A DNA stretch of 61,937 bases, the filler included, from Sphacelaria rigidula (Eukaryota): the NCBI GenBank assembly GCA_964200075.2. It is 10 parts of 10 records of this genome, joined end to end, with 100 filler letters (N's around TTAATTAATTAA, not from the genome) between each part and the next. Parts side by side here need not be neighbours in the genome. Positions count along the whole stretch, not along the records: positions 1 to 6,105 come from CAXNAA020022198.1; positions 6,206 to 12,309 come from CAXNAA020022199.1; 8 more parts are not named here. One strand, given 5' to 3'. Below the pieces are notes generated by a model that was not told where the DNA came from, made no database searches, and saw only the letters and a program-made list of their open reading frames with translations. Position numbers and translations under genes: made by a program. Numbering within the stretch: position 1 is the first letter of the stretch; each line of letters begins with the position of its first letter. Shown piece by piece: positions 1 through 10,947 of this stretch.

Positions 1-139
1 TTATGAGCCTCTTTTTTCGTGCAACCAAATATCCCCCCCCCTATCGTAGGATCTTCTCGAAAGGGATGCGTGGTCAATGGTCAAACGACTAAGGCAAGCA
101 ACAAATAAGTACGCCCCCCCCCCCTATCGTAGGATGACT

Positions 140-2200
140 CCTCGAACCCGTCGGACGGCGCCGGGCACCCACGCAGGATGAAGTTATTGAGCTGGTCCAC
201 AAAGGCAAACTGCATCTGGATGATGACGGTATTCTACTTCTAGTCCGCAAACCCACGCGGACACCTCAGCCAAACCGCCCTACCGGTAGATATGCTCGCT
301 TACTCGGTCAAGAATTTCTTCGCATTTACGTGCCCATGCTCATGCGACCATGGGTCCTAGACGAGTGTCATTCCAACGTTTCAACCCATCTGGGTACAAC
401 TCGGACGGCCCAGTTCATCGAGCCATTCTACTGGTGGGTAGGTATCGACCAATGTGTCCGTTGGTGGGTACGGCGTTGCTTGATATGTCAAGCACGCAAG
501 ACGTCTCGCCAGACCGTGCGTTGGCCAGTCCTGTCCATGCCGCTCCCCAATGGGCCCGGTGAAGTTATATCTTGGTACTATTTCGGACCGTTGCCCCTCA
601 CGGAGATTGGTACCAAGTACATTTTGTTGATTATTGATCGCTTCAGTCGCCATGCCGTCATACACGCCGTCCCCGAAACCAACTATTCCGCAGAGGGCAC
701 CGCCAATTTTCTGGTGTAGAACTACATGCCACAATAAGGTGTCCCCCGGAAATTGTTGTCCGACAACAGCCAACACGTTTCTGGCAAACGTTCTGCTGCG
801 GTTAGTGCACTGCTGGGTTCCCACCGCATTTTTACAAGTCCGTATCACCCCCAAACGAACGGTGGTATGGAACGTGTCAACTATACGATGGCGCAGATGC
901 TGTCAGCCGTCACCAATGAACGGCAAACGGATTGGGATCTGCACCTGCCCTTCGTACAGATGAACTACAACAACTCAGTCCATATCGCCACAGGCCTTGC
1001 CCCCAATGATATTCAAATTGGTCGCATGCCGAGGCTGCCGTTGACCACTTTCGAGCGCCGCAACATGGACGGTCATCAGAGTTTGGGCCGGGATATCAGC
1101 GAGTATCATGACATTTTGAGTCACCGTCTGCGGTTGACGTATGATTTGGTGCGCGAGCAAACCAAATCAATTTGGCAAAAGCGGTTAGTGCCAATGCGAC
1201 GTTGGATGCGGTGATGCATAAGCGCCCACTGTGGAAGGTAGGTGCATGGGCGTGGGTGTACAACAATGTACGGACGATTCGCCAAGGAGCCAGCGCGAGC
1301 AAGGATTCGACGGATAAGGTGTTGAAGGCCAAACTGTCCCTCAATTGGACTGGGCCGTGGAATATTTTGGGCGTTGGGCCAAGGACTACAGCACCGGATG
1401 ATCGACCCATCGGGGAAAACCTTTTGTACTCGATTTCCCCACGGATGTAGCTGGGCCTCCGCAGAAACACCGCGTGTCTGTCTGGCGCTGTAAACCCTGC
1501 ACCGCCCCGCACGACACCACCGATATGCCCAAACAATTGCCGTTAGGACTCAGCCAGTACGTCTTGACGAGGCATGCCACCAATTCGCCGCATTTTCATG
1601 TCACGTCTGAAGACGTTCAAGCCCCTGTGGAACGCGTGGTAGTCGATCATATCAGCGGACACCAACTGGTCCGCGGTCGTGGTGGTAAACTAGCAGTGAT
1701 GTACCAGACGCACTGGAAAGGATTGATGTGGGTCACGTGAGAACGGGAAGTCGACTTGCGGTATTTCCGTCGACAACTTATGTTGTACTGGGTAGGCGAT
1801 GTTGCGCATCACCGTGCGTTGAACCGAAGATACAGGTCTATGCGGAAAGCAGCGTCGGCACGAGAGCTGGCCCGGGAGCATTCGGCCCGGTTCGTCATGG
1901 CTGGCTATAGCCTTGTTTCGCGTGCGCAATACTGCTTTCTTTTCGCAGGAAACGTCGCCTACTTCTGGTACAAGGCGCAGGACTCTCTCTATGGCTGGGA
2001 AATATTCACTTACCAGCACCCGACTCCGACAACGCCTACTACATCCGCTTCCTCGATGATCCCGCCCCCCTGAAGAATATTTTGGACAATGCTTACTACA
2101 CTGGAGCGTCGTCCGCTCGCCGCGGATCCTGGTGTCTCCAGCGTCATGACGACGGCAACATAGACGACGCCATCCTCCGGAATACCGACAATTCATGGGA
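140..2200 (+). mobile_element. Decayed Ty3/Gypsy (chromovirus-like) pol 3' end: integrase zinc-binding region, RVE core and chromodomain, with stops and frameshifts
   Basis: ORF pieces give CH...HLG..RT...YWW...C..CQ, IIDRFSR, SDN, TSPYHPQTNGGMERVN, WDLHLPFV..NYN, KLSLNWTGPW, then a chromodomain-like DHISGH...MYQTHWKGL...T*ERE.DL. Boundaries approximate. Confidence 0.9.
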
Positions 2201-2501
2201 GGAAGACGAGTCTTGATGCGTGCTGTCCTATTTTCCCCGTTGTGTCGCCTAGCTGCTTCGACGCCACGGCTGCAAACCCCCCTTTTTCAATTTTTTCGTT
2301 GTCTGTGTATATGTATGTGTATCGCATATCTATGTGCGTGTATCCTGTATGTGTATTTGGAGGTATATATGCGCATACGTGTGTATCCGTGTGCGCGTAT
2401 GTGGATATTGTGTGTATGTGTGTGTACCTGGCCATGGTCGCGTTTCCATGCCATTCTGGAGCCACCGCATGTTGTAGGTCGGGTTGAACTAATTCTGGAA
2501 C

Positions 2502-2977
2502 TGTGATGCCCTTTTTCGAACACATTTGTGTCCCCAGATAAGTTGATACAAACGCACGGGCACGAGCTTTTTTTTTCTTTCCGTTCTGTTTCGATAGTTT
2601 GTTTGACCCACTGTCATAGCCCGCCGTATGGTATTCGTGAAGACCCCTCATTGAGGTTTTACATACATCAACCCACCTGAAATTGGTGACCTGGTGATAT
2701 CTTGAGGACGTGTGTGTGTTCATCGTATTGAGTTGTGAGTTGCGGATCTCTCGCAACTTCAATCTTCAGTCCTCGTTTGGCTCGATGTTTCTGGAGAACA
2801 CAGACTACGATTGTAGTTTTTCCCTCCACTGTCGTCCATTTTGTGCTGAGATACTCACTGCACTTGCTCCTTGCTAGCTGTGAGAGTCTCCACCTCCTTT
2901 TTTCTCTTGTTCAGTGTTTCGGTTTTTCTTATTTTTGTTCCTGCGTCTTTCCGACCTTCACGGAAGCCACTATCACA
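2502..2977 (+). mobile_element. Putative LTR (476 bp) followed by a PBS-like sequence
   Basis: Inverted termini TGTGAT...ATCACA, followed by ggTGGTTCTAGTGG. No second copy in the window. Confidence 0.5.
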
Positions 2978-4242
2978 GGTGGTTCTAGTGGCCTGTCGGA
3001 CCCGTGACACCCCGTCTCTTCTCTTCGACCGAACGTTTCCCTCGGTAAGTGTTCCTGTTTTTAACCGGCTGTGTGTTCGACATTTGTGCCAACGGATGAC
3101 CGATACCCCAAGGGCTTCCTCAGCAAATTGTCACGTGTTTTTAGATATGATGACGGTGGTTTCTTGTTTGTCGGCGTGTGCGAAAACGGATGACCACTCC
3201 CCGCGGACTTCCTCAGTACGCGCCGCGAGGCGATTATCGCTGCATGATCCTGGAGCTTCACTCGGCCACTGCTGCCGCTTCGAGATCATATACCGCGAGC
3301 TCTCTCGATGGTCTTTCCACCGGTATGAGTTTTTGCATGCACTATCTCAATGATGAAAGTGATGTCTTCTTGATCGTTATGCCTTGGCGGGCCCCTTGAA
3401 ACCGATTAACTTGAAATCCTATTGCGACTGTTGCGCTCCTCCTTGATGTTCGTTCGATTGAGGATGAAACAGTTCCCGTTGTCTGAGGAATAGTCCGGCT
3501 TGAGTGGGCTTCCAGAGTGTTGGTCGTGAGACCATCGGCCTGACGCGCAAATGTTATCGGCGGCGTGTAATTTTCATCTTTTTTATGTTGATGGGTTGAA
3601 TTTGACCGTCCGGGTGACTTGCTTGTCTTGTCGGTAGGGGTTGGCAGGCAAAGCGCCTTCCCTGTCTGTACCACAGCCTCGCTGATCGCACAACAACACG
3701 CACCCTGCGCCGGAGCTGGATTTCCATCATTTGCCATGCTGCAGGAGTTCCCTTGCCCTTGAACCTTTTCATCGTATTTTGTTTTTAGTGTGGGGGATGG
3801 TGGTAAAACGTGAGCCTTCGAATCTCTTCGAGCTCCTGCATGCTCACCTTTTAGAGTGGGCTATTGTTATGGTATTTGAAGAAACTGGCGTCGGTAAGGT
3901 ACCGTGGCGCTGTGTACATCAGATGTCGGAGTAAATGAACGTTGGATATGACTCTTGGTCCGCTGCCGGGGCTCGTCAGCTTGTTGGAAGATACAGATCT
4001 ACAGTGTGTTCTGGATAGTCGATGGGAAGTACAGTATGGCTGATGTCTGCACATCGAATAATCATGTGCACAACGTAGAGTGTTCCAGGTACGTTTGTTG
4101 GATGGACGGTCTCTGCTCTTTGGTTATTGTATTATGATTTGATGTGGATATATTTCCTGCGTAAGGTGGTTATACCATCGCCCCGAGCGCATCTGAGCTC
4201 GCTTCATTTTGGGGCCAGGATAACATCAGCCTTGCCGCCGTT

Positions 4243-4909
4243 GCTCTGAGTTCCAAGTGAGTCCTTACGGGAGAGTTGTGGTCTTGGGGAAACTACTGGC
4301 TCCGGTTCGTATTGTGAATGAGAAAGAGATACTCAATTTTGTTTGTGTGGACACCTGGATTCGATTACTGCTGCTGTCACAGTATTGGGTCTGTATTGAT
4401 TTACTGCACTATGCTGAGCGCTTTGCAACCTAGCTCCCACAGCTTGAGCCCCTGTTCGTGAGAGCATCAGGGCGAATGTGGACTGAGGCTGCCTTCTTCA
4501 AGGCGATTGAGTCAGAACTTCATAACATTGGGTCCAGCTAACCCAAGCTCCCACGTGGGCACAACGTACGACCTATAGCTATCCACCAAGAACAATCACA
4601 CAGTAGGCTCATCCATGTGCAGACTGTTGATTAGGAACTCACGTGTTGCATAGCATACTGTCTTATCCACAAGCAGCTCTTTTACTCAGTACAGCGGGGG
4701 CGCAGCCATAGGAGCAGAGCGTAGTGACGACCCAGGGTAGACCACGGCAAGGGCAGTAACTGATTGAGATGGGTCAAGGCCGTGTGGCGGAGCCGGAACA
4801 ATCCCAACTAATGACAAAAGCAAACGCGATAACAACGCGTCACGGAACTCAGGGTCTACCAGCAGACCCGCAAAGCGTATATTTTGCAACGCCTCCGAGC
4901 TTCATCACA
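4243..4909 (-). mobile_element. Putative LTR plus PBS-like site; a second partial copy lies at 41929-42310 (+)
   Basis: Minus strand starts TGTGATGAAGCTC and ends ..TCAC, followed by TGGAACTCAGAGC (resembles the Met PBS TGGTATCAGAGC). 4521-4907 aligns by eye to 41929-42310. Confidence 0.6.
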
Positions 4910-4913
4910 TTAA

Positions 4914-5011
4914 CCCTTAGACGACGAGAGTAGGTCATCTGTTGAATCGGCATCAATTTCACTTGAAAAAGGTATGCGTGGTCCAGATGGACTACCCTCG
5001 CGGTCTAAGAG
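4914..5011. mobile_element. 98-bp piggyBac-like MITE (copy 1)
   Basis: TTAA|CCCTTAGACGACGAG ... CTCGCGGTCTAAGAG|TCAA; reverse-orientation homolog of 14769-14866. Confidence 0.8.
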
Positions 5012-5139
5012 TCAAGACCCGCCGTTACGGCAACGAATCTCGATTTGTACAAATATGAGGATTTCAGCCCGTCTACAGGCGATGTTCTCCCGTGGATTGC
5101 TTTTCTGACCCCAGTCCATTGAGCAATGTTTTTCGCCTC

Positions 5140-5342
5140 GCTATGAGCGAACCAGATCAGTTTTCCGATTCTCTGGACGTTGACTTCACCACCTTTCTAA
5201 CCAAATCAGGACACTCCCACATTTCCCCCGATTTTTCAAGAAAATCGGGGGAGATGCGGGAGTGTCTTGATTTCAGCAGGAAGGTGGTGAATCGAAAGTC
5301 AACGCCCAGAAAATCGGAGAAGTAATCTGGTTTGCTCACAGC
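5140..5342. mobile_element. ~200-bp fold-back (near-complete palindrome), MITE-like
   Basis: GCTATGAGCGAACCAGAT...CCCCCGATTTT|..|AAAATCGGGGG...ATCTGGTTTGCTCACAGC; the arms pair over nearly the full length. Confidence 0.8.
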
Positions 5343-6105
5343 TAGCCAAACAACGGCTACAATGCCGTGTGTCCAGAGGTTACAACGCCCTCCTACTACT
5401 GTATCATCATAAGCGTAGTGGCATTCATTTGTTGTTTTCGTGCGTGGATTGGAGTGAAGTAGGTGCGCGTGTGTGTGCCCTGGCTGTGTGCACTCGCTCT
5501 TGCCGAAAAGCGGCGCCGTTCGTCCGGGACTGTCACACACAGACATGACGGATAGATCTGGGGTGTGATTGCATATATCCGGCTCATGTGCGAAAAAAGG
5601 AAAGAAATGATTCAAGCTAAACTGCTGGTCCGTCTTGCCCCGTTGCCCCAAGCTTAATCTCAACCTCTGTGACCTATTTGTTACATCGACCCTTCCACGA
5701 TCCCCCTCACATTAGCCTGGATTATTCACAGTCATACCCGTTCTACAAACCGCAGATCCAGCTGATCTTCGATCTTTCACTCAGGACCATCCCCACCTGC
5801 CTCAAACCCTAGCTTTCCTCATAATTTTCTTCACCCTGTCATGTGCTAGACAAACCTCATTTAGATACCGGTTATTATTCTGATATTAGTAATAAACAAT
5901 TGTTTCCGACCGTTTCGTAATCCCTGCTGGATACAGGCTGGTTCACGGTGATAACCCGAAATTGTGTCACCAGCAAATACCTTCCGAATACGCACCCAAT
6001 AGTCGCATATATAGTATCATACTGACCGCGATGAAGAGACGAAGAGGGTGAAATCGCCGGATTTTTGTTTAAGGCCGTAGCGGTGGCGCTATAGACGAAA
6101 ATGTG

Positions 6106-6205
6106 NNNNNNNNNNNNNNNNNNNNNNNNNNNNNNNNNNNNNNNNNNNNTTAATTAATTAANNNNNNNNNNNNNNNNNNNNNNNNNNNNNNNNNNNNNNN
6201 NNNNN
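6106..6205. other. Artificial contig linker (N44-TTAATTAATTAA-N44). Identical linkers at 12310-12409, 18514-18613, 24718-24817, 30922-31021, 37126-37225, 43329-43428, 49532-49631 and 55735-55834
   Basis: Nine identical 100-nt spacers with six-frame stops, separating blocks of 6103-6105 bp. Confidence 0.98.
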
Positions 6206-7702
6206 AAGCACGGCTTTTGAGTTGAACCTCATTTTTTTTCAACCCCATTTTCGAGAATCGGCTGTTATCTGCTGTTTATATCGTTCGGGGTTTCATATAT
6301 ATAGACTTTAGTATAAACGCTATCTCCGTACGCGTATACGGTATAGGAACTACTAGACATGGGATTTATTCGACGAGAAAAAAATGGCCCAGACTATTGA
6401 GCAGATGGACACCTTCCCCGCGATCAGACGATTAATACGATATACAGATCACGGCCCAACTCGTCTGTATCGATGAGATACGAGTATTGCTTTGAGAGCT
6501 CGTAGTGCATTCATTCTGTCGCTCGAAATAAAATACCCTCGGGGCAAACGCCAACCTGTGCACAGGATCGTTCCTTCACTGCATACTGAAAACATACGGT
6601 AGGCGTGTTGGCTCTTTAGGCCCTCCGTGTTGGCTCTTTAGGCGCTACGGGTATTTTGCCTCTTTGTTATGAGGTTGACGGGGACTAGGCTGCGGGCCAA
6701 CATGACTTCAATAACCAAGGTCATGGACAAATAGTCAACTCCAGATTCATAAAATAGTACTTCGAAGTAATGCTTTTCCCCAGGTGGTCTGCTCCTCCAC
6801 TTTTCGTCCTCATTTCCGCCCTTCTTCTGCGTATCGGCTATGTCCATCTAACAACAATAACTGCTTATGCCTCTGCCGCTACTGCCCCTCCTCCTCCTCC
6901 TGCTGCTGCTGCTGCTGCTGCTGCTACGTGTAAGTTTGATTCGGTATCTTCGAGTCGAACTCGCTGTAACCCTGCTGGACCCGCATGTCCTTCTTCACAT
7001 TCACAAGCGTCAATGACTGCGCTCGAGTGCCGAACGGTCGTGATCTCTACGGAGCTCCTTTATTTTATTTTATTTTTGCTGCGGCAACGTCAGCACTGCA
7101 CTCAAATGAACGCGCGTACGTGGGTTTCTGCCGAAGAACATGCCCGTCTTCATCCCGGAGAGATAGTCACTGTTTCATTTCCCTTACTATGATAGAGTGA
7201 AGTAAGCTTGCTACAGGTGGTGTTATATATGCGCACCAACATAGCTGAATGCTGTAGTAGGAGTACTGCTGAGATCATGCGTATGCCAATGAAAAGATAC
7301 TGTGCTTGCACTTGGTATACGGTATAGATAGGTGAGTATCCCCCCTGCAACCAACAGTGTACATCCGCTGGTTCAACAATTGATTCAACAACTGAGGTTG
7401 GCAGGTGTTGTTGCAAGACCCACTACTAGTACCACTACTGCGGACCGCGAGGTTCAAGAACAAGAAAGGGAGACACATCCGGCTGAACAAGAAAACGAGC
7501 ATAATTCGCCACACTTTCCCCTGCATACCATGTGACATCTCAGCGCCCAAAATAAGAAATACTGATACTATAATAGTAAGGTATAAGGGCCCGACAATGG
7601 CTCAAGGAAACAGAGGTGGATGTTTGGCTCTGAACGAATCCCTATACAAATTTGAAGATATACGATGTGTTTAATTATAATTAGAATGAAGGTCCGTCTC
7701 AG

Positions 7703-7780
7703 AGGTATCTCGAACTCGAGGTTCCCGGTCTATTTAAATTGCTTGTTGAAAATACCACGTACGTCGAGTTTGAGATATCT
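7703..7780. repeat. 78-bp mini inverted-repeat element; a related terminus occurs at 31310-31333
   Basis: AGGTATCTCGAACTCGA ... TCGAGTTTGAGATATCT (15/17 paired); GGAACCTCAAGTTCGAGATACCTC at 31310. Confidence 0.6.
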
Positions 7781-8871
7781 GATCCACTGAGCCTGGCAGC
7801 AAAACAAAAGCATAGTCTCCAGCTCCCCGGCCGCTAACTATTTACCACTGCTATTGTGCAACTGTACATACATGTGCCTACGAATGAAGGCATGAAATGA
7901 ACACATTATTATAATGAATCAGCACTGCTGCTGTGAATCATAGAAGCATGCCAAAGAGGCCGTCGGGGCCGTGGCATTTCTGAGTGAGCCATGAACCGAC
8001 TTACTTCTTATACTAATACATGAATTCAACGATTATCAAAGAGGGTACGCGGCTCTGTATGCCTTACTGTACAACACTCTCCGTAAGTATAGCATTGTTT
8101 TACAAGGCCAGTAGTAGTTAACTCTGCGTCGCTCGTACACAGTACAGAGTGCACATAGTTGATACTACTGCATAAGCAGTCAGTACAGTTACGGGACCTT
8201 CATCAGGGATTCATTCATTCATTCAATGGCGTGTGGTGCGTGGTTCGCATCAGCAAAATCCCGTGTCGCCAGTAGGTGGCATTCTCAAAACACCTATGGT
8301 GGTACCGGGGTATTTCAACGAACATGTCGACATCTTTCGAACGTAACAGGTCCCTGGCCATATGTTATTTTTCTCGTAAAACGGATATTGCTGTCGGGGT
8401 ATTTTTATGGTCAAGAATGTTCTCACGCAAAAATGCGACAAAATTTGTCTCTTCATGTCTCACAACTTCTACTTTCCATTGTCTGTGCAGCAAGCTTCGA
8501 CTTCACTCCAACATCAAGAGTAGACCTAAAACAGGAGCAATCTGGAAGGTAGTGCGAGGTCAAGCAGCAGCAATAGCAACAACAAGAGCCGGACGACGTC
8601 ATCATTCGCGGTGTGCAAGAGAGTGTCAGGGCGCAAGACGAGGTAAGAGCACCGTAGCCGTAGCTGTACAGTGCGAATAGTGTAATTTCGACTTGTTTAT
8701 CCTTGATGCGAGAACTGCAGTGTCTGTGATCTTCTCAATTTGTCGGCTCCTCCTCAGCAAGCTTGCTATGCGGAGGCTCCGAGCATTACTGTAATAACTA
8801 TAGCACGATTCGCGGGACCGACGTCTAGCTCATAGCTTCCATCTCACCGGTAGATATCCTTGCTCCTGCCT

Positions 8872-10947
8872 ATGCGCAGGCATCAGATGAGCTTGGACGG
8901 GCCTTGTTCCGTCCTCCGCGGCGGCATGCATACCTTTCCTTTTGCGAGCACGGCGGAAGGCCGTGCCACCCGAGACCAACAACTGCAGCAGCAACGGGTG
9001 CACATACAGAGGCACCAACAACAGCAACAGCAACAACAGCTATATCAACCTGTGACCTCAACCGTTGCGATGGCGGCCGCGACCACTGCTGCAGTATTCT
9101 CGCTCGGCTCCATGGCCGGCAGCAGCAGCTTGAGGCGCTCTGGCAACGAGAAGAAGGAAAACACGCAGCCCGCGATGACCACCGAGTCCAACGAGCAGCT
9201 GGGCTCCACTGCAGTACCAGCCACCGGGTCCACTGGCATGGTTGGAGGCACATCTCTATCGACAGCTTTGGGAAACAGCAACGATTACGATGCAGATGAA
9301 CCATTTCCGCCCATCCTGACCACGCCACGACTCCGCAGCGTCTCCAGCCTGCTCGTATCTTCCGATGCTGAGGACGAAGGTCTGCCTCTTGGAGATATCA
9401 GACCCTCGCCATGCCCGCCGTCTCGCGGCCGCTCCCGCGAGCCTTCAACCTGGAGCAGCGGAATTTTCGACCAGATCAACGAATCCCTGCAGAGCTTGCC
9501 GCCGCCGCCGCGGCTGCCACTGTCGATGGGCGATCAGCAGCAGCAGCAGCAGCGCCTGCGGCGTGATCCGTCATTTCCACCGCTGGATGCTCCCGCTGAA
9601 GGTCCCCGCCGTCTCTCTCGTGACCCATCCTTCCCTCCTCTGGACAGTGACATGTCACTTGTTGGGACGCCGTCTACATCTTTGTCTGGTTGCTGGTCTG
9701 GCTCCCTCAGTATGTCGGGCACACGCATCAACACCAACGATCATGGAGCCAGCGTCAGCGCTCTTGGCGACGGCGGCAGGGGGGGAGGCGGTGGTGGCAT
9801 CGGGGGCGGCGGCGGCGGTGAAGCGCGCAACATGCACATTGGCAGTGGAGGTGGTGAGACTGGCCGTGCTATGACGGATGCGTTTGCTCGCTTCGATGGC
9901 GGCGAAGTGCATGATACGCAACATGATCGTGTGTTGATGGATGACATCTTCATGGGTGGGATAGGGAGCGGTGAACTGTCTGGCGAGCACCGCCGCCGCA
10001 GCAGCTTTCCTCTCGCCGGGGCCGGTGGCGGCACTGGTAGCGATGACCTTCTCTCACCCTCCTCCAGGAGTGATGGCCACCGTCGCATTCCCAGCTTCGA
10101 CGAACTCGCCGCTATGATCCCCGGCATCCCTTTCCCCTTCCAGCCATCGTCAGCATCGCGTGGATCGCAGCACGCGAGCAGTGGCCGGGCGTCGGCGCCC
10201 GTTGGTGGCGAGGTCGGGAATCGGCGCGGCGGGGCTATCACTTCGCCTGCAACCTTCTCACCATCAATCAAGCCGGCGACGTTAACCCCCGAGAAACCGG
10301 GGCGGGGTCGCCCGTCGACGCGCGGCAGGGCCAAGCTGGTTCGGGGATTTAAAAAGGAGCATACCCCTGGCAGCAGTGGTAGGGGTGGCAAGGGGCGCAA
10401 CGGCAGGTTGGAGGAAGTCGCGGGATCGGCGGGGCCGGCAAGCACCAACGGAGGGCCCGTAGACCTGGCCAGAAAGGCGCGGCGCGAGCAGGCGATTGAG
10501 CGGTACAGGTACAAGCGATCCCGGCGGAAGTTCGCCAACTCCACGCGGGACGCGTCCCCGTCGCGCTCGAGGCCCAAGGCCGCGAAAATTCGCCCGCGCC
10601 TACACGGAAAATTCGTGAAAGTTGTTCCGGATTTCATTCCTGTGACGGCGGTCTCCACTGAGGGCGGCGGTAGTGGTAGCGGCGGCGGCAGCGGCGGCGG
10701 CCTGACGAATGCGAATATGGGAGAGATGGGACTTGGGGGGTATAGATCGGCCTCGAGGGCAAAGGGCGATGGGCGTGGGCCGGTCGGTGGTGTGATTAGG
10801 GACTTCGGACGGCGGCAGCAGCAGCAGCGCTCGTTCCAGCAGCAGCAGCATCAACAACAACAGTCATCCGCCTCGATTAGTCAGCTTGACTCCGGCTTGC
10901 GCAGTGACGAAATATCCGCTCTCTGGCGCACGCCTCCCCACATGTAA
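8872..10947 (+). CDS. CCT (CONSTANS/COL/TOC1) motif protein, ~691 aa, largely low-complexity; putative transcriptional regulator
   Basis: Long GC-rich ORF with REQAIERYRYKRSRRKF...AAKIRPRLHGKFVK at ~10483-10620. First ATG at 8872. Possible upstream intron 8643-8853 (AG|GTAAG...TAG), so the start is uncertain. Confidence 0.85.
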   Translation: MRRHQMSLDGPCSVLRGGMHTFPFASTAEGRATRDQQLQQQRVHIQRHQQQQQQQQLYQPVTSTVAMAAATTAAVFSLGSMAGSSSLRRSGNEKKENTQPAMTTESNEQLGSTAVPATGSTGMVGGTSLSTALGNSNDYDADEPFPPILTTPRLRSVSSLLVSSDAEDEGLPLGDIRPSPCPPSRGRSREPSTWSSGIFDQINESLQSLPPPPRLPLSMGDQQQQQQRLRRDPSFPPLDAPAEGPRRLSRDPSFPPLDSDMSLVGTPSTSLSGCWSGSLSMSGTRINTNDHGASVSALGDGGRGGGGGGIGGGGGGEARNMHIGSGGGETGRAMTDAFARFDGGEVHDTQHDRVLMDDIFMGGIGSGELSGEHRRRSSFPLAGAGGGTGSDDLLSPSSRSDGHRRIPSFDELAAMIPGIPFPFQPSSASRGSQHASSGRASAPVGGEVGNRRGGAITSPATFSPSIKPATLTPEKPGRGRPSTRGRAKLVRGFKKEHTPGSSGRGGKGRNGRLEEVAGSAGPASTNGGPVDLARKARREQAIERYRYKRSRRKFANSTRDASPSRSRPKAAKIRPRLHGKFVKVVPDFIPVTAVSTEGGGSGSGGGSGGGLTNANMGEMGLGGYRSASRAKGDGRGPVGGVIRDFGRRQQQQRSFQQQQHQQQQSSASISQLDSGLRSDEISALWRTPPHM

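Noticed and set aside
9741..10658. 305-aa antisense ORF
   Set aside because: Shadow of the GC-rich CCT coding strand; no motifs.
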